64,000 nucleotides of DNA from Steroidobacteraceae bacterium (GTDB taxonomy: Bacteria > Pseudomonadota > Gammaproteobacteria > Steroidobacterales > Steroidobacteraceae), in assembly GCA_035568235.1 (NCBI GenBank), contig DATMOK010000027.1, forward strand, positions 11,132 to 75,131, read 5' to 3'. Positions 1 to 7,948 of this stretch are shown here, piece by piece. Each line of letters starts with the position of its first letter. Position 1 is the first letter of the stretch. Made by a program: the position numbers and the translations under genes. The notes beneath the pieces were generated by a model that saw only the letters and a program-made list of their open reading frames with translations, was not told the origin of the DNA and ran no database searches.

Positions 1-2
1 CC

Positions 3-494
3 CGCGGCTCCGGGCACAACCAGTACGGCGTGTACACCGAGGATTCGGCCGAGTACCAGCTGGTGCTCGACCGGCTGATGAAGAAATGGGCCACCGCCAA
101 GCGGCTGGTGCCGCGGGCGGTGATCGACGCCACCGCGGGCGCGCGCGTCGGCATCGTCTCGATCGGCAGCTGCGACGGCGCGGTGCACGAGGCGCTCGAT
201 GTGCTGAAAGCGCGCGGCGTGGCGCTCGACTACATGCGCGTTCGCTCCTTCCCGTTCACCGAGGACGTGGAGCGGTTCCTGGCGGCGCATGAGCTGCTGT
301 TCGTGGTCGAGCAGAATCGCGATGCGCAGCTGCGCTCGCTCCTCACGCTCGAGACCGCGGTCGAGAAGTCGAAGCTGCGCTCGCTGCTGCACTACAGCGG
401 GCTGCCGATCTCATCCCATTTCATCGTCGAGGGCGTACTCGCCGAGCTCGAGCCGCGCGCGAGCAGCGCGCGCAAGGATGCCGCGCATGGCTGA
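3..494 (+). CDS. korA: 2-oxoglutarate/2-oxoacid:ferredoxin oxidoreductase alpha subunit, C-terminal part (5' end lies outside the window)
   Basis: The reading frame is open from the window edge. The C-terminal sequence (GIVSIGSCDGAVHEALDVLKARG...DYMRVRSFPF...LFVVEQNRDAQL) is typical of KorA/OFOR alpha C-terminal domains. The beta subunit gene follows 38 nt downstream. Confidence 0.8.
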   Translation, partial: RGSGHNQYGVYTEDSAEYQLVLDRLMKKWATAKRLVPRAVIDATAGARVGIVSIGSCDGAVHEALDVLKARGVALDYMRVRSFPFTEDVERFLAAHELLFVVEQNRDAQLRSLLTLETAVEKSKLRSLLHYSGLPISSHFIVEGVLAELEPRASSARKDAAHG

Positions 495-532
495 GCCCGC
501 GCCGCGCCGCCGTTGACCTGCGGAGTTGCAGC

Positions 533-1591
533 ATGACCTTCATCGCCAAGCCCAAAGTCGCCCACCCGTCGCTGCCGCGCAACCCACTCGGCTTCACCCG
601 GCGCGACTACGAGGGGGCGCTGTCGACGTTGTGCGCCGGCTGCGGGCACGACTCGATCACCGCGGCGATCGTCGAGGCCGCCTGGGGCCTGTCGCTCGAG
701 CCGCAGAACGTCGTCAAGCTGTCCGGCATCGGCTGCTCCTCCAAGACCACCGCCTACTTCGTCGCCGGCGGGCACGGCTTCAACTCGGTGCACGGCCGCA
801 TGCCCTCCATCGCCATGGGGGCGAACGCCGCCAACCGTAACCTCACCTACATCGGCGTCTCGGGCGATGGCGACACGCTGTCGATCGGTCTCGGACAGTT
901 CTGCCACGCCATCCGCCGCAACCTCGACATGCTGTACATCATCGAGAACAACGGCGTATACGGCCTCACCAAGGGGCAGTTCTCGGCCTCGGCCGACATC
1001 GGCACCAAGGCAAAGAAGGGCGAGACCAACCTGCAGCCGCCGATCGATCCAGTGCTGCTCGCTATGACGCTCGGCGCCTCGTTCGTCGCGCGCAGCTTCT
1101 CCGGCGACAAGCAGCAGCTGGTGCCGCTCATCCAGGCGGGCTTGAAGCACCGCGGCTTCGCGCTCATCGACGTGCTCTCGCCGTGCGTTACCTTCAACGA
1201 CCACGAGGGCTCGACCAAGAGCTATGCCTACACACGCGAGCACTACGAGCCGGCCGTGCATGCGGATTTCATCCCGCTCGAGCGCGAGATCACGGCCGAG
1301 TACCGCGCGGGTGAGATGCTGCCGGTGGTGATGCACGACGGCAGCCGCATCGTGCTGCGCAAGCTCGAGGCCGGCTACGATCCCACCAACCGCACGCTCG
1401 CCGCCGTGCAGATCCAGGAGCGCATGAAGGCCGGGGAGTACCTCACGGGCCTTTTGTACCTCGACGAGACTGCGCAGCACGAGTTCCACCAGGTGAACTC
1501 GACCCCCGCGGCGCCGCTCAACAGCATCCCCTACGAGACTCTCTCGCCGGGCTCCAAGGGGCTCGAGGGGTTCCTGGCGCGGTACCGCTGA
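533..1591 (+). CDS. korB: 2-oxoglutarate:ferredoxin oxidoreductase beta subunit (TPP-binding)
   Basis: 352 aa. It carries CAGCGHDSI and GDGD...IIENNGVYGLTKGQ TPP-binding motifs and sits directly after korA. Confidence 0.9.
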   Translation: MTFIAKPKVAHPSLPRNPLGFTRRDYEGALSTLCAGCGHDSITAAIVEAAWGLSLEPQNVVKLSGIGCSSKTTAYFVAGGHGFNSVHGRMPSIAMGANAANRNLTYIGVSGDGDTLSIGLGQFCHAIRRNLDMLYIIENNGVYGLTKGQFSASADIGTKAKKGETNLQPPIDPVLLAMTLGASFVARSFSGDKQQLVPLIQAGLKHRGFALIDVLSPCVTFNDHEGSTKSYAYTREHYEPAVHADFIPLEREITAEYRAGEMLPVVMHDGSRIVLRKLEAGYDPTNRTLAAVQIQERMKAGEYLTGLLYLDETAQHEFHQVNSTPAAPLNSIPYETLSPGSKGLEGFLARYR

Positions 1592-1599
1592 TCGGCCAG

Positions 1600-2850
1600 T
1601 TAATCCAGCGCCGAGCCGAGCGCGTAGCGCACCGCAAGCTGCACCTGTGTCTCGCTGGCGAATGGGGCGAGGTTGAAGGCGTCCTCGCGCTCGTAGGAAT
1701 TGCTCGATACGTGCAGCCACTCGAGCGTGAAGCGCCAGTGCGCATCGCGTGTGAATACGTAGGCTGCAGTCCATGCATGCCCGGTCTCCGCACCATCGCC
1801 GCCCGCACTCGCGCTCGAGTCGACCTCGAAATGGTCATAGCGCACGCTGAGCGTATGCCGGCCGAAGCTCTTCGCGAGCAGGGCGTACTGCGCCTTGAAC
1901 GGCCAGTCGAGCCAGTAGCCTCCGGGGGCGATCGTAGTGTCGCCTCGCAGGCTCTGGACGATCGCGGTCACCCCGTCGCTCCCCTCATAGCGCGCGCCGG
2001 CGGCGGTGAAGGTAGTCTCCCACGCGATTGCCCCTGAGGCGTAGTCCATCGCCGCAGGGTCGGCGCGATTGTCGTAGCGCAGCGCGCGCACGACCACGCG
2101 ATCGAGCCAGCGTGCCTCGAGGCCGCCGTACACGCCCGCGTGGCCGTCGAGCTCGCGGAACGGCTCGAAATTCATCAGCACCGGGTCATCCGGCAGGCCC
2201 ACGCGGCCGCCGAGCGGCGTCTGGCGGTCGGTGAGCGTGAAGCCATCGCCGGCGATGAAGCCGCCCGCGCCCTCGTTCCAGCCGAAGGCGCCTGCCGTCA
2301 CTCCGACATCGAAGTCATGGCCCTGCCGCGTACCGAGCCAGTCCAGCTGCGCTTCGACGCCCACGGTGCGCACCTCGATCGCGAGCCAGCTGTCGATCGC
2401 CGAGTAGGAGAGGCTGTAGGGAGACTCCCAGCCGGAGTCACGGTTTTCCAGCGAGATGGGCGGGTAGAAGGCGCCCGCCTTGACGCGCAGCCGGTAGCCG
2501 GCGAACGGGTAGGGGCGGAACTGCACATACGCCTCGGTGAGCCCGAAGGGAATTCGGTCGTGATCCCCCCACGCGGACGCATCGAGATGTACCGACCAGA
2601 GCTCGCCGATCGATTCGGTGAGCGCGAAGCGCGCGCGTCCGAGCCGGATGCCCGACTGATCCTCGTCGTAGCGCACGCCGCTGATGCCGCCCTGGGTGTA
2701 GGAGGGATCGGCGTTGGAGCTCACGGCCCGGCCGTCGAGGCTCAGCTCCCAGCCGTCGGCGTGCGCGATGGCGCTGAGCGCGAGCCCGACAAGCGGCAGC
2801 AGCCGCGCCGCGCGGCGCGACAGTGAGCCATTGGCTGGGCGGCGGGCCAT
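1600..2850 (-). CDS. Putative outer-membrane beta-barrel (porin-like) protein, family not assigned
   Basis: The signal peptide is MARRPANGSLSRRAARLLPLVGLALSAIAHA. The rest has an alternating aromatic/Gly-rich beta-strand pattern. I chose ATG 2850, which is preceded by AAGGA, over the TTG at 2880. Confidence 0.6.
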   Translation of the reverse strand: MARRPANGSLSRRAARLLPLVGLALSAIAHADGWELSLDGRAVSSNADPSYTQGGISGVRYDEDQSGIRLGRARFALTESIGELWSVHLDASAWGDHDRIPFGLTEAYVQFRPYPFAGYRLRVKAGAFYPPISLENRDSGWESPYSLSYSAIDSWLAIEVRTVGVEAQLDWLGTRQGHDFDVGVTAGAFGWNEGAGGFIAGDGFTLTDRQTPLGGRVGLPDDPVLMNFEPFRELDGHAGVYGGLEARWLDRVVVRALRYDNRADPAAMDYASGAIAWETTFTAAGARYEGSDGVTAIVQSLRGDTTIAPGGYWLDWPFKAQYALLAKSFGRHTLSVRYDHFEVDSSASAGGDGAETGHAWTAAYVFTRDAHWRFTLEWLHVSSNSYEREDAFNLAPFASETQVQLAVRYALGSALD

Positions 2851-2894
2851 CGGTCGTCCTTGCCGGATCAACGCTTCCAATCGGATGATCCCTA

Positions 2895-3581
2895 TCAGTA
2901 GTCCCAGGAATGCGGCCGGTCGCTGAGCGGCGCCACCTGCAGAGCCTTCACGAGCCGCAGCGTCCAGTCGGCGTGATCCGACTCCCCGACCGTGACCTCG
3001 CGCGTGAGATCAGTGTCGTTGTCGCGCATGCGCGGGTGCCAGATCGTGACGCGGTAGCGGCCGCGTGCGACCTCGCTCGACCACGAGCCGTGAGCGTCAG
3101 TGCGTCCGTAGTAGGGCGCGTCCGTGACCACCAGATAGCCGACCATCTCATCGTGAATGTTGCAGCCGAGGGTCACGACCCCGGGCTGATCGAAATGCAC
3201 CGGCGGGTACGGCGTGCCGTGGTAGAGCGGCAGTTGAAAGCGCTTGGCGGCTGAGAACGAGTAGATCTGATGGCTCACCTTGTCCGTATTGGGGAACACG
3301 ACGGTCGAGCCGCTCGGGATCACCAGCAGGTCGGGCTGGAACGCCCGGTTCACCTGGTCCATGACCGCTTTGACCGGCGCGCTCGGACGCGTCGCCCCAT
3401 CGAGCGGAGTGGCGGTCACCACCGCCCCCTGCAGCGGCTTGCTGTCGGATGTGCGCACGGTGATTACCAGGCTGGCGGCGGCCGTAGCGTGCGCGGCGAG
3501 CAGTGCCAGCAGGCACGCTGGCGCCGATGTGACTCGGCTCACTCCATTTCGACGTGCCGGAGGTCTCATTCCCGCACTCAT
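2895..3581 (-). CDS. Secreted cupredoxin-like protein with a type-1 copper ligand pattern (proteins of this kind are often annotated 'methylamine utilization protein')
   Basis: It has an N-terminal signal sequence (ACLLALLAAHATAAA). The ligand-like pattern is SHQIY ... GCNIHDEM (His, Cys-x2-His-x2-Met). It is co-oriented with the barrel gene, which begins 44 nt downstream of its stop. Confidence 0.7.
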   Translation of the reverse strand: MSAGMRPPARRNGVSRVTSAPACLLALLAAHATAAASLVITVRTSDSKPLQGAVVTATPLDGATRPSAPVKAVMDQVNRAFQPDLLVIPSGSTVVFPNTDKVSHQIYSFSAAKRFQLPLYHGTPYPPVHFDQPGVVTLGCNIHDEMVGYLVVTDAPYYGRTDAHGSWSSEVARGRYRVTIWHPRMRDNDTDLTREVTVGESDHADWTLRLVKALQVAPLSDRPHSWDY

Positions 3582-3639
3582 GTCCTCGCTCCCTGCGCCG
3601 CGGGACGCCTACGATGGGGAAGGGATTGCAACCCGTATT

Positions 3640-6033
3640 ATGGGCAGTTTCCGTAAACGACTTCTCGTGCTGATCATCGGTCTGGTGATCGTCACGCAAA
3701 CTGTGACGCTGGCCGCAGTGCTTGCCAGCACCCGGGGAACGGTCAAGGCCCGTGCGGCCGAGCAGCTCTCCCAGGGTGCGGTGCTCGCCGTGCAGCTGAC
3801 GCGCTTCCGTGCCGGGCAGCTCGCCAACGGCGTGGCGGTGACCGCCGGGGACTTCGGCTTCCGCGAGGCGGTCGCGGGCGGCGACCCGCAGACGGTGCTG
3901 TCCGCGGCGCGTAACAACGCGCGGCGCATCGGCGCCGACATGGTCATGGTGCTCGACACCCGCGCCAAGGTGCTGGCCTCCACCGTTCCCGTGGACGCCG
4001 ATGTCGCGGCCTCGTTACAGCGCCTGATACGCGATCCGGCGGTGCGCGAGCAGCCGGTGTTCCTCGTGCTGGGGCCCGATTCCTACGAGCTGGTGCTCGC
4101 CCCGGTGCGCACTCCCGAGATCATCGCCTGGGTGGCGATGGGCTTTGCGGCCTCCGATGCCCTGGCGCAGAACATTCGCGAGCTGGTGGGCTCGGAGGTC
4201 GCCCTGGTGCTGCATGGACACGACGGTGTCACGCACGTGGCCTCGACCCTCCCCGGGGCGCAGCGCGATGCGCTGCTCGCGGCCGCGCCGCCGGCGAGCG
4301 CAGAGGCCTCGGACGCACCTCATCTGACCACCCTTGGCGGCGTTCAGTACCTGACGCTGTCGCGTCCGCTCGAGGCGCTCGGCGACCCGATCGACGTGCA
4401 GCTGCTCAAAGCGCAGCGCGACGTGCTGGCGCCCTATATCGAGCTGCGCAATGCGATGCTGGCGATCGACGGCATCGCGCTCCTCATGGCGGCATTGGTC
4501 GGCGCGGTGCTGGGCCGCACCGCCACGCGCCCCATCGGCGAGCTGGCGCGGGCGGCGCAGCGCATCCAGCAGGGACACTACGACACCGCGGTACACGTCT
4601 CCGGGGGCGATGAGTTCCACAGCCTGGCGCAGACGTTCAACGCCATGCAGCGCAACATCGCCGAGCGCGAGGCCGCCATCACCTTCCACGCCCAGCACGA
4701 CCCGCTCACCCACCTGCCCAACCGCTGGTTCGCCACGCAGGTGCTCGAGCGCCTGGCGGGCGAGAGCGCTGCGCAGGGGACGCGCGGCGCGCTCATCCTG
4801 CTCGGCATCCGTAACCTGCGCGACATCAACGCCTCGCTCGGACTGTCGGTGGGCGATGACGTGCTGCGCGAGGTGGCGCACCGGCTGCGGCAGAACATCT
4901 CCGAGAAGGAAACCGTGGCGCGCCTCGGCGAGGCGCAGTTCGTCGTGATTGCCCCGGGGTGCTCGCCGGAGCGGGCGCTGCTGTACGCCGAGCAGCTCGC
5001 GGGCCTGGTGCACACCGGTTTTCACCTCGCCGGCGTCGGCCTCGATCTGCACGTCGCCTGTGGCCTGTGCCTGCTGCCGGAGCACGGCCGCACCGCCGAG
5101 GAGCTGCTGCAGCGCGCCCAGATCGCCATCGAGGACGCGCACGAGGCGCCGACGCGCATTGCGGTCTACCGCCCCGGACAGGACGAGGCGCACCGCCGCC
5201 GCCTCACCCTCATCACGGACCTGCGCGCGGCGATCGACGGCGACCAGCTGTCGCTCGTCTATCAGCCGCTGGTCACCATGGCGACGCGCTCGGTGCGCTC
5301 GCTCGAAGCGCTGGTGCGCTGGACGCACCCGCAGTTGGGTCCGGTCTCGCCCGGGGAGTTCGTGCCGCTCGCCGAGAGCACCGGTGGGTCACGCCGGCTC
5401 ACCGACTGGGTGCTGAAGACGGCCATCCGCCAGATGGGCGAATGGCGCGAGCAGGGACTCGACATGCAACTGGCGGTCAACCTGTCCGCGCCCGACATTC
5501 TCGATCCGAGCCTGGGGGATGAGATCCTGGCGCTGTTGCGCCAGCATTCGGTGCACCCGACCGCGCTGCTGCTCGAGATCACCGAGAGCGCCGTGATGCT
5601 CGACCCGCAGGGCGCGGCCCGCAACATGCAGCTGCTGCGCATCGCCGGGGTGCGCTTCGCCATCGATGACTTCGGCACCGGCCACTCCTCGCTCTCGCAG
5701 CTGAGCCTGTTGCCGGTGGACGAGCTGAAGATCGACCGCTCGCTCATCACTCAGGCGGTGGGGGGCGCGGTGACCATCGTCACCTCGACCATCGAGCTCG
5801 GCCACACCATGGGGCTGAAGGTGGTGGCGGAGGGGGTCGAGGATGCCGAGGCCTGGGGGCTGCTGCGCCGGTTGGGATGCGACTTCGCCCAGGGCTATCT
5901 CATCAGCCGCCCGCTGCCCGTGCAGCAGGTGCCGGGGTTCGTGCGCCAGGCCAACCAGCTGCTGCCGGCCTCCGATGCCACCGTGCTGCAGATCCGCGCC
6001 CTCGACCAGCTCGCCGGGCGCACCAAGCGCTGA
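3640..6033 (+). CDS. Membrane sensor with a periplasmic domain, a HAMP-like linker, a degenerate GGDEF domain and an intact EAL domain (probable c-di-GMP phosphodiesterase)
   Basis: I chose the ATG at 3640 (MGSFRKRLLVLIIGLVIV, first TM segment) over the upstream extension at 3280. A second TM segment lies near AIDGIALLMAALVGAVLG. The GGDEF position reads RLGEAQF. The EAL domain motifs are EALVRW, DDFGTGHSSL, KIDRS and EGVE. Confidence 0.85.
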   Translation: MGSFRKRLLVLIIGLVIVTQTVTLAAVLASTRGTVKARAAEQLSQGAVLAVQLTRFRAGQLANGVAVTAGDFGFREAVAGGDPQTVLSAARNNARRIGADMVMVLDTRAKVLASTVPVDADVAASLQRLIRDPAVREQPVFLVLGPDSYELVLAPVRTPEIIAWVAMGFAASDALAQNIRELVGSEVALVLHGHDGVTHVASTLPGAQRDALLAAAPPASAEASDAPHLTTLGGVQYLTLSRPLEALGDPIDVQLLKAQRDVLAPYIELRNAMLAIDGIALLMAALVGAVLGRTATRPIGELARAAQRIQQGHYDTAVHVSGGDEFHSLAQTFNAMQRNIAEREAAITFHAQHDPLTHLPNRWFATQVLERLAGESAAQGTRGALILLGIRNLRDINASLGLSVGDDVLREVAHRLRQNISEKETVARLGEAQFVVIAPGCSPERALLYAEQLAGLVHTGFHLAGVGLDLHVACGLCLLPEHGRTAEELLQRAQIAIEDAHEAPTRIAVYRPGQDEAHRRRLTLITDLRAAIDGDQLSLVYQPLVTMATRSVRSLEALVRWTHPQLGPVSPGEFVPLAESTGGSRRLTDWVLKTAIRQMGEWREQGLDMQLAVNLSAPDILDPSLGDEILALLRQHSVHPTALLLEITESAVMLDPQGAARNMQLLRIAGVRFAIDDFGTGHSSLSQLSLLPVDELKIDRSLITQAVGGAVTIVTSTIELGHTMGLKVVAEGVEDAEAWGLLRRLGCDFAQGYLISRPLPVQQVPGFVRQANQLLPASDATVLQIRALDQLAGRTKR

Positions 6034-6061
6034 GAAACCAGGCGCCGCGATCGCGGCCAAT

Positions 6062-6985
6062 TCAACCACCCAGCAGCTGATCCACGCGCCGCCGGTATTG
6101 CAGCAGCAGCTCGGCGGCGAAATCGGCGAACACGCGGATGCGGACGGAGTGGCGCAGCGCGCTGCGGCACACGACCAGGAGCGGCGCACCCGGCGCCGAC
6201 CACTCGGGCAGCACCACCTGCAGCCGGCCGGCAGCGAGTGCCTCCGCCACCATCAGGTCGATCGACTGCACGATGCCGACGCCGCGCACCGCCGCAAGTA
6301 TCCGCGCCTCGACGGAGTTGAATGAGACGCTGAACGGCAGCTGCAGCGCTCGCCGTACGGTGCCGCGCTGGAACAGCCACTTGGAGGGGCGATGGCTGGT
6401 GCTCGAGAGATGGCCGATGAGCTTGTGGCGGCGCAGCTCGTCGGGGTCGGCCGGTATGCCGTGCTGGCGCAGGTACTCCGGGGCCGCGCAGGTGATGAGC
6501 CGCGTGGTCACGATCGGCCGCGCGATCAGGTGGGGCTCCTTGACGGGACCGGCCCGCACCACGAGATCAACACCCTCCTCGATGAGGTCGATCACGCGGT
6601 CGTTGAGCTGCACTTCCAGATGCAGGTCGGGATAGCGCTGCGTGAAGCGCGGCAGCGCCGGAATCAGCAGCGCGCGGCCGAACGCCTCCGGTACGTCGAC
6701 CCGCAGCCGTCCCTGCACCGCGAGGCGCGAGCCGCGCACCGCCTCATCGGCCGCCTCGAGCTCGGCGAGGATGCGCTGGCAGCGCGTCAGGTACTCGGCG
6801 CCGTCGCTGGTGAGCCCGACGCGCCGCGTGGTGCGGTGGAGCAGCTGGCAGCGCAAGTGCCGTTCCAGCTCGGCGAGCTGGGTGCTGACCACGGCCCGTG
6901 ACAGTCCGAGGGCATCGGCGGCGCGGGTGAACGAGCGCAGCTCCGCCACGCGCACGAAGCTGCGCATGCAGACCAGTTGATCCAT
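6062..6985 (-). CDS. LysR-family transcriptional regulator
   Basis: The N-terminal wHTH (FVRVAELRSFTRAADALGLSRAVVSTQLAELE) and the LysR substrate-binding-domain length (307 aa) fit the family. Confidence 0.9.
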   Translation of the reverse strand: MDQLVCMRSFVRVAELRSFTRAADALGLSRAVVSTQLAELERHLRCQLLHRTTRRVGLTSDGAEYLTRCQRILAELEAADEAVRGSRLAVQGRLRVDVPEAFGRALLIPALPRFTQRYPDLHLEVQLNDRVIDLIEEGVDLVVRAGPVKEPHLIARPIVTTRLITCAAPEYLRQHGIPADPDELRRHKLIGHLSSTSHRPSKWLFQRGTVRRALQLPFSVSFNSVEARILAAVRGVGIVQSIDLMVAEALAAGRLQVVLPEWSAPGAPLLVVCRSALRHSVRIRVFADFAAELLLQYRRRVDQLLGG

Positions 6986-7001
6986 GCCGTGATTGTAAGG
7001 T

Positions 7002-7026
7002 AATCCAGAACAATAAATTCTGGATT
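7002..7026. promoter_or_regulatory. Perfect 9-bp inverted repeat, candidate LysR (T-N11-A type) operator
   Basis: The sequence is AATCCAGAA-caataaa-TTCTGGATT. It sits 17 bp upstream of the LysR start codon in an AT-rich patch. Confidence 0.4.
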
Positions 7027-7414
7027 GGATAGTTTTTCGCGACGACCGGCACGGCTAGCCTTGCAGCCATGTTCATCTTCCCCCGCCCCCTGTTACCCGT
7101 CGTCGCGGCCGTCGGCCTGCTGCTGCTCCTGGCGCTGCTGTCGGTTATGTCCGGCGGCTGAGCCGCACGGAATGCGAGCGGCGCCGCGCGGTTGCGTGGC
7201 CTGCGCTTGTGCCGCGGCCCGCCGTTAGGGTATCGTCCGCGCCGGTTCGTGACCTTTCCCTTTCCTGCGCCTGCCGCCCGCCTCGTTTGCGAGTTGGCTT
7301 CCGACTGCGAAAAGCCGAATCGTTCCCGACCAGGTGGCAGCGTGCGCCGACGAGTCTTCGGATCTCCGGTCAGCACTCCTGCCGATAGTGTGTTTGTTCT
7401 AGGAGTCTGATTGC

Positions 7415-7717
7415 ATGACGAAGATCTACGTGGGCAACCTGCCCTTTTCCGCCACTGACGCCGAGGTTCGCGAGCTGTTCGCACAGCACGGCACCGTCGA
7501 GTCGGTGAGCCTTATCACCGATCGCGATACCGGCCGCCCGCGCGGCTTCGGGTTCGTCGAGATGTCGCGCGCCGATGCCTCGCGCGCGATCCAGAATCTC
7601 AACGGTAAGGATCTGGGCGGACGTCCGCTGCGGGTCAATGAGGCCCAGGAGCGCAGCGGCGGCGGCGGCGGTGGTGGTAACCGCGGCGGCGGCGGCGGCG
7701 CCCCGAAGCGCTGGTAA
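7415..7717 (+). CDS. RRM-type RNA-binding protein with a Gly-rich tail
   Basis: RNP2 is IYVGNL and RNP1 is RGFGFVEM. The C-terminal tail is GGGGGGNRGGGGG. A TAGGAG Shine-Dalgarno lies 9 nt upstream of the start. Confidence 0.9.
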   Translation: MTKIYVGNLPFSATDAEVRELFAQHGTVESVSLITDRDTGRPRGFGFVEMSRADASRAIQNLNGKDLGGRPLRVNEAQERSGGGGGGGNRGGGGGAPKRW

Positions 7718-7733
7718 GCTCGAGTAGCAAACA

Positions 7734-7780
7734 GGGCCGGTCGTCAGTGCCTCACGGCATCGACGGCCGGCCCTTTGCAT
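7734..7780 (+). terminator. Probable intrinsic terminator of the RRM-protein gene
   Basis: A 12-bp GC-rich stem (GGGCCGGTCGTC...GACGGCCGGCCC, with one G-U pair) is followed by TTTGCATT. Confidence 0.5.
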
Positions 7781-7819
7781 TGGCAGCATCATCGATGAAG
7801 CGTTGGGGAGTGGTTTCTC

Positions 7820-7942
7820 ATGGGTAAGGGTGATCCGAGAACGCGCCGCGGCAAGATCTACCAGGGGTCGTTCGGCAAGTCGCGCCCCAAGGACCCGGCG
7901 AAGAAGAAGAAGAAGGCGAAGCGCGCCGCCAGAGGGCGCTAA
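7820..7942 (+). CDS. 30S ribosomal protein bTHX (40 aa; absent from the supplied ORF track)
   Basis: My own translation is MGKGDPRTRRGKIYQGSFGKSRPKDPAKKKKKAKRAARGR. It closely resembles the Thermus Thx N-terminus as I recall it ([25 protein letters not shown]). Confidence 0.75.
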   Translation: MGKGDPRTRRGKIYQGSFGKSRPKDPAKKKKKAKRAARGR

Positions 7943-7948
7943 GGACTT

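Noticed and set aside
392-1774. A 460-aa ORF antisense to korA/korB. Similar long antisense or out-of-frame ORFs occur throughout the window, for example 4015-5328, 13796-15100, 16229-17314, 39830-40900, 41793-43037 and 48128-49453.
   Set aside because: These are typical high-GC artefacts. The translations are Arg/Ala/Gly/Pro-rich low-complexity sequences with no recognisable motifs. Each lies opposite, or out of frame to, a gene with strong family signatures and the expected third-position GC bias.
7025-7228. A 67-aa Cys/Ala/Pro-rich ORF from the ORF track in the LysR/RRM intergenic region. The 7192-7410 ORF is similar.
   Set aside because: The composition is low-complexity, there are no motifs and the frame bias is poor. 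The only frame here with coding-like bias is the separate 30-codon mini-ORF, which is reported as a low-confidence finding.
7655-7702. A GGC/GGT triplet repeat run.
   Set aside because: It lies inside the RRM-protein CDS and encodes the Gly-rich C-terminal tail. It is not a non-coding tandem repeat.
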